Below are positions 6,063-16,495 of a stretch of DNA of 64,000 nucleotides, in pieces. A model generated the notes under the pieces. That model saw nothing but the letters and a program-made list of their open reading frames with translations. It was not told the DNA's origin and did not search any database. The DNA is taken from assembly GCA_040394475.1 (NCBI GenBank), contig JBEBSD010000030.1, positions 33 to 64,032 of the forward strand, in the 5' to 3' direction. Positions within the stretch are counted from its first letter, which is position 1; every line of letters begins with the position of its first letter. A program made the position numbers and the translations under genes. Origin of the DNA: Telluribacter humicola. GTDB lineage: Bacteria > Bacteroidota > Bacteroidia > Cytophagales > Spirosomataceae.

Positions 6063-8477
6063 TTAGCGCAGCGATACCAGCGTTACGCCTGCTCCGCCGC
6101 GATCGGGATGTTCGTCGGTCAGGCCGGTTACCTGTTTATAGGAGCGCAGATGGTTCCGCACCAGACTCCTTAAGATGCCGTCGCCTTTGCCATGTACTAC
6201 CCGCAGCTCTTCGTAGCCCAGGATGAGTGCGTTGTTCAGGAACTGGTCCAGCGCTACCATGGCTTCTTCCCCGCGCTTGCCCCGGATGTCGAGGTTGAAG
6301 CTGAACTGCTGCATCTTCTCGTTCAGGTCGATGTTACTGCTGCCGGACAGCGAACGGGTCTTTTTGGTGGTGGTGGCGGTTTTGTAGATTTTTCCCGAAA
6401 CCCTTTCCAGGCGGTTCAGTTTGATGAACGATTTTAACGCTCCCATCCGGATCTCGGCTTCTTTCTCTTTCAGTGAAATGACTTCCCCGACGGTTGTCTG
6501 CCCCTTGATCCGGACATAGCTGCCAACGGCGATAGCGCCTTCTTCGGGCTCAAAAATTTCATCCTGCTCCGGGAGCGTTTCGACTACCTCCGGAACGAGC
6601 TCTTTTTGAACGAACGTTTCGAGTTGTGTCCGGACGGTTTTGGTAGCCGTTTTTTCCGCCTTTTGCTCCTTTATCTCCCGGATCGTATTTTCTATCAGCT
6701 GGTTGGCAGTGGCGACCAGTTCCCGAGCCTGCTGTTTTGCCTGGTTGCGAAGCCGTTTTTCGTTGTTTTCCAGTGTTGTTTTCAAGGCGGTGAACTCGGC
6801 GAGCTGTTGTGCCAGCTTACGCTCCTTAATACCGATTTCCAGGTTTTTTTCGGCAAAGACCCTGCGTTCGATATCGAGTTCTTTCAGGAGCTTTTCAAAA
6901 TTAACCTGTTGTACGCCCAGTTTTTGCTGCGCCCGCCCGATAACGCCTTTTGGCAAGCCTATTTTAGACGCAATTTCAAAGGCAAATGAGCTGCCGGGTT
7001 TACCGGTTTCGAGCGTATACAGGGGCTCCAGGTGCTCGCCGTCGAAACGCATGGCGCCGTTGACCAGCCCTTCTGTTTTATCGGCAAACAGCTTCAGGTT
7101 GGTGTAGTGGGTGTTGATGACCCCGAAGGCTCCGGAAGTTGCAAGGTCTTCCAGGATGGCTTCCGCAATAGCGCCGCCCAGGGCCGGTTCTGTGCCGGTA
7201 CCGAATTCATCAATTAAAAAGAGCGTCTGTTTGTCGGAATGCGCCAGCAGCTGCCGCATGTTGGTCAGATGGGAGCTATAGGTGCTCAGATCGTTTTCCA
7301 GCGATTGCTCGTCCCCGATATCGATAAAAATATGACGGAAGAGCCCGATCGTTGACCCCTCTTCCAGCGGGACCAGCAAACCGCACTGGTACATAAACTG
7401 AATGAGGCCCACTGTTTTGAGGGCCACGGACTTTCCGCCGGCGTTGGGTCCGGAGATAAGCAGGATCCGCTGCCGGGAGTTCAGCGCGATCTCCAACGGC
7501 ACGACCTGCTTCCCCAGTTTTTGAAAAGCAAGCAAGAGGATCGGGTGCCGGGCGTTTCGCCAGTCGAGGAGCGGGCGGTTTTCAAAATGAGGGTTGACCG
7601 CATTCATTTGCATGGCGAGCCGCGCTTTGGCCCGGAGGAAGTCCATCAGGCCCAGGTACTGACAGGCTTTGTGCAGTTCCGGCAAGTGCGGGCGAAGGGT
7701 GTCGGTCAGGGCGATGAGAATGCGGTTAATCTCCCGGCGCTCTTCGTATTCCAGTTCCCTGATGGCATTATTGGCCTCAAACACTTCTGTAGGTTCGATG
7801 AAAACCGTTTGTCCGGTAGCAGACTCGTCGTGTATAAAGCCCTTCAGCCGGCGTTTGTATTCTGCGGCTACCGGGATGACCATGCGTCCGTTCCGTACGG
7901 TCAGCGAGACGTCGTCGCCTACCCAGCCGCTGGATTTGGCGGTACGAAGCATGGTGTCCAGTTTTTTACGGACATTCGACTGTTCGGCGATAAGCTTTCT
8001 CCGGATCGTGACCAGCTCCGGAGAGGCATTGTCGCGTACCTTTCCCCGGTCGTCGATCACCCGTTCAATGGCATCGGTTACAGAGCGGTCCACTACGATC
8101 AGCGCCGCATATTCCTGCAAAAGGGGAAAGGCCTCCGGTTCCTGCGCGCTGAAAAAACGGAGGCATAGCCGTACCGTATTCAGGGAAGCTTTGATGTCGA
8201 AAAAGGCTTCTTCTGTCAACAGTATCCCCTCGATCCTTGCGCTTTCAAGAGACGTGGTAATATCAATATAATTCTGGGAGGGAAAATCGGCTGACTGTTC
8301 CAGGATACGCTTCATTTCGGCGGTTTGCCTGACCAGTTTATCGACCAGTACATACCGGTCGGAGAAGCGTATTTTTTCCACAAACGCACGGCCCATCGGA
8401 CTGATACAGGCTTCTTTCAGCAATTCACGTATCCGGTCGAAACCTAATTTCTGTTCTAGATTCTGGGGGTAGAGCAT
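6063..8477 (-). CDS. mutS2: Endonuclease MutS2 (MutS domain V ATPase plus C-terminal Smr)
   Basis: 804 aa. Walker A GPNAGGKS, FLIDEFGTGTEP, C-terminal Smr block LDIRGKRGEEA...VVHGKGDGILR. Confidence 0.95.
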   Translation of the reverse strand: MLYPQNLEQKLGFDRIRELLKEACISPMGRAFVEKIRFSDRYVLVDKLVRQTAEMKRILEQSADFPSQNYIDITTSLESARIEGILLTEEAFFDIKASLNTVRLCLRFFSAQEPEAFPLLQEYAALIVVDRSVTDAIERVIDDRGKVRDNASPELVTIRRKLIAEQSNVRKKLDTMLRTAKSSGWVGDDVSLTVRNGRMVIPVAAEYKRRLKGFIHDESATGQTVFIEPTEVFEANNAIRELEYEERREINRILIALTDTLRPHLPELHKACQYLGLMDFLRAKARLAMQMNAVNPHFENRPLLDWRNARHPILLLAFQKLGKQVVPLEIALNSRQRILLISGPNAGGKSVALKTVGLIQFMYQCGLLVPLEEGSTIGLFRHIFIDIGDEQSLENDLSTYSSHLTNMRQLLAHSDKQTLFLIDEFGTGTEPALGGAIAEAILEDLATSGAFGVINTHYTNLKLFADKTEGLVNGAMRFDGEHLEPLYTLETGKPGSSFAFEIASKIGLPKGVIGRAQQKLGVQQVNFEKLLKELDIERRVFAEKNLEIGIKERKLAQQLAEFTALKTTLENNEKRLRNQAKQQARELVATANQLIENTIREIKEQKAEKTATKTVRTQLETFVQKELVPEVVETLPEQDEIFEPEEGAIAVGSYVRIKGQTTVGEVISLKEKEAEIRMGALKSFIKLNRLERVSGKIYKTATTTKKTRSLSGSSNIDLNEKMQQFSFNLDIRGKRGEEAMVALDQFLNNALILGYEELRVVHGKGDGILRSLVRNHLRSYKQVTGLTDEHPDRGGAGVTLVSLR

Positions 8478-8618
8478 TCCTGCGGACTAAAATGGATAAT
8501 TGACGATAACACCGGACCGGTACCGGGGTGCGTGTTATGCGTTGGTTGTACTAAAAAGCGGCTGCTCTCCGGTCGGGAAACATAACCGGGGACAAATTTA
8601 CGGAATAAGCGGCTCGGT

Positions 8619-9137
8619 TCAGAAAATTGTTTGAATTTCTGTTTTCAGCGTTTTCAGCGCGTGGGCGGTGGATTGCCGGTCCTGAGCCAGCACTTGCTGG
8701 AATATCTGGCGGGAAAGTTCGGTTGCAGTAGCTTCCCGGCCCACCTTTTCTGCCGATTGGTTGATGAGCGATACCACTTCCTGCATGGCATTGTTAACCG
8801 TTTCCCAGGCATCATGGCTGATGTAAAGCTGTTGCGCCAGGTTGTGGTTGTATTCGCTGCGGATTTCATGGAGCAGGAGCTGCTGGAATTCGGAAGCACC
8901 TTCTGCACTGCCGGAAAGCCTGATAATCAGGTTGTTGGGGGTGATGCGTTCCAGGAACAGGCACATCCGTTCATAGGCCTGCAGTCGTAAAGGGGTAATC
9001 AGTTCGGTGTTTTTTATCCGGATATCCCATTGTTGCTTTTCGAAATAACTCCGGGCAATTACCGTGATGGTGAGGTACATCCCGAAAGTTAAAACAGCGA
9101 CGGTAATTAGTACCGTCAGGAGTGAATTTAATTCCAT
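8619..9137 (-). CDS. Hypothetical membrane-anchored protein
   Basis: 172 aa, with a single N-terminal TM (LLTVLITVAVLTFGMYLTITVI). No recognisable catalytic motif. Confidence 0.55.
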   Translation of the reverse strand: MELNSLLTVLITVAVLTFGMYLTITVIARSYFEKQQWDIRIKNTELITPLRLQAYERMCLFLERITPNNLIIRLSGSAEGASEFQQLLLHEIRSEYNHNLAQQLYISHDAWETVNNAMQEVVSLINQSAEKVGREATATELSRQIFQQVLAQDRQSTAHALKTLKTEIQTIF

Positions 9138-9186
9138 TGTACGATGTTATACGCTACGAATATGCCTGTCTAAATAACCAATCGAT

Positions 9187-9483
9187 ATGCTGGAGGACCC
9201 GGTCACCATCACTCCCAGGGCACAACAGGAAATAACCGAAACCCTGTCTGCCAATAAAATACCCGATACCTATGGACTCCGTGTAGGGATAAAAGGCGGG
9301 GGATGCAGCGGAAGCTTCGTGCTGGGCTTTGATACGATCCAGGAACATGATAAAGTTTACCACATCGATAACATCAAAGTCGTTATCGACCAACGCCATT
9401 TCATGTACGTACTAGGTGTAGAAGTAGATTATTCCGAAGATGCGGGCGGGTACACGCTTCGTTCCGCTAGTCATCAATCGTAA
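9187..9483 (+). CDS. HesB/IscA-family A-type Fe-S carrier-like protein, apparently lacking the C-terminal CGCG motif
   Basis: GLRVGIKGGGCSGSFVLGFD matches the A-type carrier core. The ORF ends ..VDYSEDAGGYTLRSASHQS, without the usual GF.F.NPN...CGCGESF tail. Its last 17 nt overlap the convergent HNH gene. Confidence 0.65.
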   Translation: MLEDPVTITPRAQQEITETLSANKIPDTYGLRVGIKGGGCSGSFVLGFDTIQEHDKVYHIDNIKVVIDQRHFMYVLGVEVDYSEDAGGYTLRSASHQS

Positions 9484-10036
9484 CATGCTTCCAGTTTTCC
9501 CCTGACCGGATCCGGTTAAGCTGCGTATGGGTGATCCCGAATTGCTTGGCAATCATCCGTAGCCTGTTCTTGTCATTTTTAAGGAGCTTCTTGATCATCC
9601 GCACCTTCGATTCCGTCAGCTTGTAATTACTGGTACGTTTCGGAGTTGCCCGGTTGAGCACAGCCGGGTTGGTACGGTTATGGGCAGTCATTTCTTCCTT
9701 CGTCACCCACTTGAGGTTTTCGAAATGATTGTTTTGTTTTTCGTAATCCAGGTGGATGACAAACTTGTGGTCCAGGCTTTTACGGGGCACAAAGTTGTCG
9801 GCAACCAGCTTGTGAATGTAGTGGTTGATGGTTTTACCACCTCCGGCACGGATGTTCAGGGAACGATAGCCCTGTATGACCGAACCTTTGATGAGCGCTC
9901 CGTTTTTGGGATCATTCTGAAAACTTTTCAGTCTCCCAAAATTGGATACCTCGTAATGCGGGGGATTTTCTACATTGTCAAAATGTATTTTTACCCACTC
10001 TTCGTTCCAGTAATTTTTGTTTTTCGGGTCATTCAT
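9467..10036 (-). CDS. NUMOD4 / HNH_3 homing-endonuclease-like protein with C-terminal HTH
   Basis: 189 aa. WVKIHFDNVENPPHYEVSNFGRLKS is NUMOD4-like. VIHLDYEKQNNHFENLKWVT is HNH_3-like. The C-terminal LTESKVRMIKKLL..IAKQFGITHTQLNRIRSGENW is HTH-like. The 5' flank (10037-10149) is A+T-rich. Confidence 0.75.
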   Translation of the reverse strand: MNDPKNKNYWNEEWVKIHFDNVENPPHYEVSNFGRLKSFQNDPKNGALIKGSVIQGYRSLNIRAGGGKTINHYIHKLVADNFVPRKSLDHKFVIHLDYEKQNNHFENLKWVTKEEMTAHNRTNPAVLNRATPKRTSNYKLTESKVRMIKKLLKNDKNRLRMIAKQFGITHTQLNRIRSGENWKHVTIDD

Positions 10037-10149
10037 AGCTATTTACCTCTGAGTGTGATTCAATGTTTACACTTTAACTAATTAGCCAAGTCAACTAAAT
10101 GATACAGTAAAGACAATGTTATTTTGGATAATTCAATACTAATACGTTT

Positions 10150-10974
10150 TTACACCGGTTTTTGTTGTTGCCGGGATCGCCAAATAAACCAGATTCCCAG
10201 AAGTATCGCCGGTATACTCAGTGTCTGACCCATATTTAATGCCAGACCTTCTTCGAAATCCACTTGATTTTCTTTGAAAAATTCAATTATAAACCGGAAA
10301 GTAAATACCCATATCATGAAAATTCCTACCAACATTCCGGATGGGGTCTGTGCTTTGTACTTGTTCCACAGCCAAACCAGCAGGAAAAACAACACCAGGT
10401 AGGCAGCTGCTTCGTACAACTGCGTCGGATGCCGCGGATATTTCGAAAATTCATGATTTTGCATAAAGATAAATCCCCAGGGCTTTTCAGTGATTTTCCC
10501 GAAGATTTCCGAGTTCATCAGGTTTCCCAAACGTATAAATACTCCAGCCAACGCAACCGTTATGGCTATACGGTCAGCAACCCATAAAAAGGTTTGTCCT
10601 GTTTTGCTGCGGGTACGGGAATACAGCCATAACCCCGTCAGAATGCCAATTATTGCTCCGTGACTGGCCAACCCGGCATAAGGCGGCAGAATGACCTCCA
10701 ACGGATTTTTAATCAGTACTTCGGGTTCGTAAAACAGAAAATGCCCGAACCTTGCACCCAGTACCGTCGCAAACACCATGTACAGGGTAAGGCTGTCGAT
10801 GTCGGCCAGCGGTTTGTGCTCCTTTTTGAAAATATGGATCATGAGCTGCTGGCCGATGACAAATGCCAACGCAAATAACAGCCCGTACCAACGGATCGGA
10901 AACGGTCCGAGACCCGCAAATTCCGGGATCGTAAAAATCTCCTTTGAGACATTCCAGGTAATAAATGAAAGCAT
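10150..10974 (-). CDS. lgt: Prolipoprotein diacylglyceryl transferase
   Basis: 274 aa polytopic membrane protein with IRWYGLLFALAF, GARFGHFLFY and RHPTQLYEA motifs. Confidence 0.9.
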   Translation of the reverse strand: MLSFITWNVSKEIFTIPEFAGLGPFPIRWYGLLFALAFVIGQQLMIHIFKKEHKPLADIDSLTLYMVFATVLGARFGHFLFYEPEVLIKNPLEVILPPYAGLASHGAIIGILTGLWLYSRTRSKTGQTFLWVADRIAITVALAGVFIRLGNLMNSEIFGKITEKPWGFIFMQNHEFSKYPRHPTQLYEAAAYLVLFFLLVWLWNKYKAQTPSGMLVGIFMIWVFTFRFIIEFFKENQVDFEEGLALNMGQTLSIPAILLGIWFIWRSRQQQKPV

Positions 10975-11329
10975 AAGCAGTGGTACAATAATTAGAGAGT
11001 GATATCAACACCTGGCATCACCCGCACTTCTGAGTAAAGACGCGATAAATGTACAAAAAAAAACAGGGAATACAACGGCTGCATTAACCGATGCAGGGAA
11101 TTCGCGGGAAGAAGGATATTTTCATAGGAAGATTCCCTATGGTGAGGGGACTTTGAAAAGAAAGGGATCGAAAATCAGCGTCCGGGCCGCCGACAGGACT
11201 GTTTGCCGGGAAACAGCAGCTTGCGTCCGTATGGCTGGCGGGACTATCGATAATCCCGCATGGAAGTGGTCAGCCGGCTCTTCTGAAAACAAGGGATATC
11301 CCCTGAAAACAGAGGATATCCCTAAAAGC

Positions 11330-12943
11330 TCACCAACCGGTGTTCTGCGTTAATTTATCATTTTGATCGATGGCAGCCTGGGGTATCGGGAACAGGTACA
11401 TTTTAGGCTGCCAAAAACGTTCTTCTATAAATACATTGCTTCCATCCGGATTTATTGTACGAAGAGGGGCCCCATATACTTTGCTGTTTTTTACCTTATC
11501 AGCGATTTCCCAGCGGATAATATCATAATACCGGAGCCCTTCGAAGGCGGTCTCGATCCGGCGTTCGTGTCGAAGTTTCTCCCGTAAAACGCCTTGACCT
11601 GCCGCATCGATTGCGGGCATCTGCACGCGGCCTCTAACCTGATTGATCAGAAAAACCGCCTGATCCAGATCCTTGTTTTGCTCTATTAACGCCTCTGCCT
11701 TCATTAACAGGATATCTGCCAGCCGAAATAGCGTCAAGCTTTTGTTGCCTTTTGTTCTTTCCGCATTGGTACCTTCCATATCTAACCATTTTGCGCACAG
11801 GTAACCGGTTACATAACTGTTGTTGACCACAAAATCGGTACTGGAAGGATCGTCAACACCGTATAAGGAATGAAGTTTTCCTCCTTGCATCCATTTCCAG
11901 TTCGGATAGACGATTGATGCCTTGAGACGCGGATCACGGTATTTATATTCTCCCCACTCCCGTTTGGGATCCGTTACGTCTTTTTCAGCACGTAACAGCG
12001 GATATTCACAATGCAGCGCTTCACAATCGTTGATAGAATGCCCATTTATACATTCGTATTCATCGACCAGTTCCTGCAATGCGATTACATGTTTCCAGCC
12101 CCCGTAGGGCGATGAATTGGATCCTAAATTGCGATTGATTTCATTGACAAGCAAAGGGAAATCATACTGTCTTTCAAAAATGATTTCCGGATTTTTCCCA
12201 TCCGATTGCGGGCGGAACATCATTTCATAATCAGGATACAGCGTGTATTTTCCCGAATTGATAATCGCATCTGCATACTGGACAGCTTTTTCATAGTGCT
12301 TTTCAAACAGATAAATCCGGGTCAACAGTGCTTCCGCAGCATGTTTATTGATATAGCCTGAAGCAATTTTGGCATTCTGAAGTCCCGGAAGAATCTCTTG
12401 TTCCAATTCATTTAAAACAAATGACACTACCTCGGCCCGGGGAGTACGGGTCAGCTGCCGGGATTCTTCAACAGTGAGGATATCGGTGACCAGGGGGACA
12501 TCTCCAAAATAGAAAGCCATATCATAATACAGCAGGGCCCGGATAAAGCGTACCTGGGCTCCGTACAGGTTATATTCTTCGTCTGTCAGGTGTTCTTTTG
12601 CTTTCCCGATTCCCCTCAGCACATAGTTTAACTGGGCGATCTTATCATATTTCCAGAAACGTCTCACATGCCCGTTCTGAGAATCATGCGTACCGTTGGC
12701 AACAAGCCGGATATCACCTTCCCGATGTTTGGCATTGTCAGAAGCACAATCCGAATAGACAATTTCGTTGTCGTCAAACAGATACGTATACATGTTATTG
12801 ACCATCATACTGACTTGCGTTCTGTCTTTCCACCATTGATCTTCTGATATCATATCCAAAGGAGGGGTTGTCAGGAAACTATCGCAAGAGGCAAATAGCA
12901 TGGTAAGGACGATAAATGCCTTGTGAAATATAGAATGTTTCAT
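11330..12943 (-). CDS. SusD/RagB-family nutrient-binding outer-membrane lipoprotein
   Basis: 537 aa. Lipobox LFASC. Directly downstream of a SusC-like gene. TPR-like helical content typical of SusD. Confidence 0.9.
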   Translation of the reverse strand: MKHSIFHKAFIVLTMLFASCDSFLTTPPLDMISEDQWWKDRTQVSMMVNNMYTYLFDDNEIVYSDCASDNAKHREGDIRLVANGTHDSQNGHVRRFWKYDKIAQLNYVLRGIGKAKEHLTDEEYNLYGAQVRFIRALLYYDMAFYFGDVPLVTDILTVEESRQLTRTPRAEVVSFVLNELEQEILPGLQNAKIASGYINKHAAEALLTRIYLFEKHYEKAVQYADAIINSGKYTLYPDYEMMFRPQSDGKNPEIIFERQYDFPLLVNEINRNLGSNSSPYGGWKHVIALQELVDEYECINGHSINDCEALHCEYPLLRAEKDVTDPKREWGEYKYRDPRLKASIVYPNWKWMQGGKLHSLYGVDDPSSTDFVVNNSYVTGYLCAKWLDMEGTNAERTKGNKSLTLFRLADILLMKAEALIEQNKDLDQAVFLINQVRGRVQMPAIDAAGQGVLREKLRHERRIETAFEGLRYYDIIRWEIADKVKNSKVYGAPLRTINPDGSNVFIEERFWQPKMYLFPIPQAAIDQNDKLTQNTGW

Positions 12944-12955
12944 CGTATAATCATT

Positions 12956-15900
12956 TTAAAATTGTATATTCAGTCCGATGGCATAGGTCTTGGCCAAAGG
13001 ATAACTAAATGCTGCAGAAATCTCCGGATCATATCCCGGCACATAATTCGACAATGTAAACAGATTGTTAGCGGTCGCATATACCCTGAGCTGGGACAGT
13101 CCTGCTGAAGAAATCAACGATTTAGGGAACGAATACCCAACCTGAATATTCTTACAGCGGAAGTACCCGCCATTGATTTTCCAGAAATCCGACACGGAGT
13201 AATTGTGGGCAGCGCTGAGGAGCAGACGCGGGTATTTTGCATCTGTATTTTCGGGCGTCCAATAGTCCAGTTGGTGTTTGGATATCGGAGAATCGGAGAA
13301 TGGGCGTACTACCTGATCGGTAATAATTACATTTTTCTTTCCGATGCCCTGGAAGAACACGCGAAAGTCGAATCCGTTGTATTTAGCAGTTAAATTTAAT
13401 CCAAACAGATGATGCGCATAGCTGTCGCCCAGCACCACACGGTCGTTGGCATCAATTTTATGATCACCTGCATCCGGTATCCCGTCGCCATCTGTATCAA
13501 CCGTCAGTTGGTCTTTATAGCGGATATCTCCCGCACGCGTTAAGGAAGTTTGAAAAGGGGCGCTGTCCACTTCATTGGCACTTTGAAACAATCCCAGCGA
13601 TTCGTAGCCATAATAGGACATAAATGGCAAGCCCTCGTCTGTATACCCGTCCTTCCATGGTCCTGTTCCAGCCAGGTCCAGTACTTTATTCTTATTATCC
13701 GAAAACGTTCCGGTAATACTGTAATGAACATTCCCGATTGCGTCATTCCAGTTAAGCAACAACTCCCAGCCCCGGTTTCGCATCTTTCCAACGTTCATAT
13801 TGGGCTTTCCAAACCCATACTCCAGCGGTACCGGCAGGCCAATCAGAATGTCCTTGGTATCTTTAATATAATAGTCGGCTGTTATTCCCAACCTGTTATC
13901 AAGCAACGTGACATCCAAGCCAACATCCACCATTTCCGTGCGTTCCCATCTCAGGTCGGCATTCCCTATGGTTCTCAATGCTGCTGTCTGCATCCATGTA
14001 TAATCTACTACGGCCTGACTCATCTGGATCGTTGTATAACTCGGATACAGGCCAACGCCTGTAGAGGAGCCGTTCTGGCCCCAGGACGCGCGGATCTTCA
14101 TATCATCCAGCCAACTTTGTGTATTTTCCATAAATTGTTCCGAAGACAGCCGCCATGCCGCAGCCAGCGAAGGGAAGGTACTCCACCGGTTTTCCTTCGC
14201 AAAGCGGGAGGAGGCATCGGAGCGGAAACTGAGTGTAAGCATGTATTTTTTTTCAAAATCATAGTTGACGCGCCCTAAAAAAGAGGCTAGCGCCCACTGC
14301 TCTGCATTTCCCCCGTTCTGCCATCTTTCTTTTGGACCTGCATCCAATACCCAAAGAATATCGGTAGGATAACCGGCGCGGCTGGCCGAAATCCATCCCG
14401 ACTTCTGATTTTCCTGCTGGTAGCCAAACAGCGCATCGATACTATGCTTTTCAAAGGTATTTTGATAGGTTAGCAGGGCTTGTAAGTTATAATATGACTT
14501 GGATTGCCTGTTTTCCGATAAACTGTTTTCTCCGGATTCGAAATAGCCGTCTTGAAATAAGTGCTTATACCGCCTGATCGGGTTATGATTATGCGCCTCG
14601 GTCATGGTATAATTCACATTGGATAACCCTGTAAATTTCAATCCGTTTATAATCTCGTAGTCAAATTTGAAGATTCCGGACAAATCATGCATATCACTGT
14701 ATTCCTTGGTTCCTTCATGGATCCGAACCAAAGGATTAATGTGGAAAACAGGATTATACGCATATTCTCCGTTTTGTGCATACGCCACACTCGTGGGATG
14801 TGAACCGTAAACCGATTTGTAGACATCGAAAACATCCGCCAATTGGTCCAGTTTTCTCAGCTGATAACGCATGTCAAAGGAAAAATTAAACTTCCTGGAA
14901 ACGGCTATATCGGTACTGGAACGCGCATTAAAAACGTTTTGAGTATTTTCAGGGATGATTCCCGTCTGCTTGTTAAAGCCTCCGCTTACCAAATATTTTA
15001 CGGTTTCGGTGCCACCGGAAACCTCGATTGCGTGTCGGGTGATTCTTGTATTTTCAAGCGCAAGGTCAAACCAGTTCGTATTCGGATAATGATAAGGATC
15101 GGAGCCATTTTCGAACAACGCAATCATTTCGTCCGTGTAGATGGGAGCTGCTCCTTCATTTATCTGGGCGATATTGTAATGACGGGCAAAGTCTGCCGAA
15201 CCCAGCGGTTCCGGTAACGCAGTAGGGGTATTTACTCCTGCAGAACCATTGTATCGGAACGTGGGTTTACCCAGTTTCCCGCGTTTCGTTACCACTAAAA
15301 TGATGCCATTGGCAGCGCGTGATCCATATATAGCAGCGGATGCAGCATCTTTCAGAATATTGATGGACGCTATGTCTTCAGAGTTCAAATAATTAAAATC
15401 ACCGGGTACCCCATCTATAAGGATCAAAGGTGATCCTGCACCATTCAAAGAGGTCGCACCGCGTAAATTAATAGAAGGCGCCTGCCCTGGTTGTCCTTTA
15501 GACGTAACGGTTAATCCCGGCACCTGGCCTTGCAGCGCTTCACCTATAGAAGATACGGCACGATCCTGCAAGGCATCATTCTTTACGGTCGAAATTGAAG
15601 TAGCGATGTCCGCCCTGTACTGTGAACCATACCCTACTACGACTACCTCATCCAGGTCATTGAAAGCGGTCTGAAGCGAAATATCGATCACAGACCGGTT
15701 GCCAATTAGTGATTCTGCCGGTTTAAACCCCACAATCGTGTATACCAGCGTATTCCCGTCGCCTGAAAACCGCATTTCGTAATAACCGCTGGCATTGGTT
15801 GTCGTGGCAGCGTCGCTTTCTTTCAGCCGTACCGTCACGCCCTGGAGTGGAATACTATTCTCGTCCGTAACGATCCCGGTCACCACCCGTTGCTGCGACG

Positions 15901-16234
15901 GGCTGGGTGGAATCTGTTGTTTGCCCACCGGCTTTACGGGCGCCATCTGGCGGATCGCGATGGTCTTTCCTTCTATATGATAGGTGAGCCGGTTGGGGGT
16001 AAGCAACTGGTCCAATACACGCTCGAAGGGCTGAACGGACACGTCGATTGACACCAGCATGGTTGGCTTGACGAAGCGGTCGTTGTACATGATCCGGTAG
16101 CCGGTTTGCTTTTTGACGCTTGCCAATACCTCGGTTAAGGGTTGTTTATCAACCTTTAAGGTAACGGTTTGTGAAATTGAAGCAGCACTCACATGCAGAC
16201 AGGCCCACAGGAAAAGGAAAGACGTTATTTTCAT
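12956..16234 (-). CDS. SusC/RagA TonB-dependent receptor with N-terminal STN signalling extension
   Basis: The track ORF extends to 16306; the likely start is MKITSFLFLWACLHVSA at 16234. It has an STN-like block (TLKVDKQPLTEVLASVKKQTGYRIMY), a carboxypeptidase-regulatory-like domain (VTGIVTDENSIPLQGVTV), a plug (VVVGYGSQ) and a terminal aromatic ..IGLNIQF. Confidence 0.9.
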   Translation of the reverse strand: MKITSFLFLWACLHVSAASISQTVTLKVDKQPLTEVLASVKKQTGYRIMYNDRFVKPTMLVSIDVSVQPFERVLDQLLTPNRLTYHIEGKTIAIRQMAPVKPVGKQQIPPSPSQQRVVTGIVTDENSIPLQGVTVRLKESDAATTTNASGYYEMRFSGDGNTLVYTIVGFKPAESLIGNRSVIDISLQTAFNDLDEVVVVGYGSQYRADIATSISTVKNDALQDRAVSSIGEALQGQVPGLTVTSKGQPGQAPSINLRGATSLNGAGSPLILIDGVPGDFNYLNSEDIASINILKDAASAAIYGSRAANGIILVVTKRGKLGKPTFRYNGSAGVNTPTALPEPLGSADFARHYNIAQINEGAAPIYTDEMIALFENGSDPYHYPNTNWFDLALENTRITRHAIEVSGGTETVKYLVSGGFNKQTGIIPENTQNVFNARSSTDIAVSRKFNFSFDMRYQLRKLDQLADVFDVYKSVYGSHPTSVAYAQNGEYAYNPVFHINPLVRIHEGTKEYSDMHDLSGIFKFDYEIINGLKFTGLSNVNYTMTEAHNHNPIRRYKHLFQDGYFESGENSLSENRQSKSYYNLQALLTYQNTFEKHSIDALFGYQQENQKSGWISASRAGYPTDILWVLDAGPKERWQNGGNAEQWALASFLGRVNYDFEKKYMLTLSFRSDASSRFAKENRWSTFPSLAAAWRLSSEQFMENTQSWLDDMKIRASWGQNGSSTGVGLYPSYTTIQMSQAVVDYTWMQTAALRTIGNADLRWERTEMVDVGLDVTLLDNRLGITADYYIKDTKDILIGLPVPLEYGFGKPNMNVGKMRNRGWELLLNWNDAIGNVHYSITGTFSDNKNKVLDLAGTGPWKDGYTDEGLPFMSYYGYESLGLFQSANEVDSAPFQTSLTRAGDIRYKDQLTVDTDGDGIPDAGDHKIDANDRVVLGDSYAHHLFGLNLTAKYNGFDFRVFFQGIGKKNVIITDQVVRPFSDSPISKHQLDYWTPENTDAKYPRLLLSAAHNYSVSDFWKINGGYFRCKNIQVGYSFPKSLISSAGLSQLRVYATANNLFTLSNYVPGYDPEISAAFSYPLAKTYAIGLNIQF

Positions 16235-16495
16235 AATACGCCATAATTGGTTGTGCTTTCCGGAGGGCGTCCTGACACCCCTTTCGGAAAATCCATAATT
16301 TATCATTACGTTTGTACGTTTGGATAATTTTAACTAACTGATTGCTAAAAACTCGGTTTGTGAACTGGTTTTGTCCAAACAATGAGGGGAGTGTTGGTCG
16401 CACTTCCCTTTGTTTTTTCGGACTGGCTTCTATGTTTTCATACTTGTCATTGTTAAGTTTCCGAATAGATTACTAAAATGCTTCGCACAGAGCGG

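Noticed and set aside
11153-11353. 66-aa + strand ORF between lgt and the SusD gene
   Set aside because: It has no recognisable motif, overlaps the SusD 3' end, and has an Arg/Ala/Gly-rich composition. It is probably spurious.
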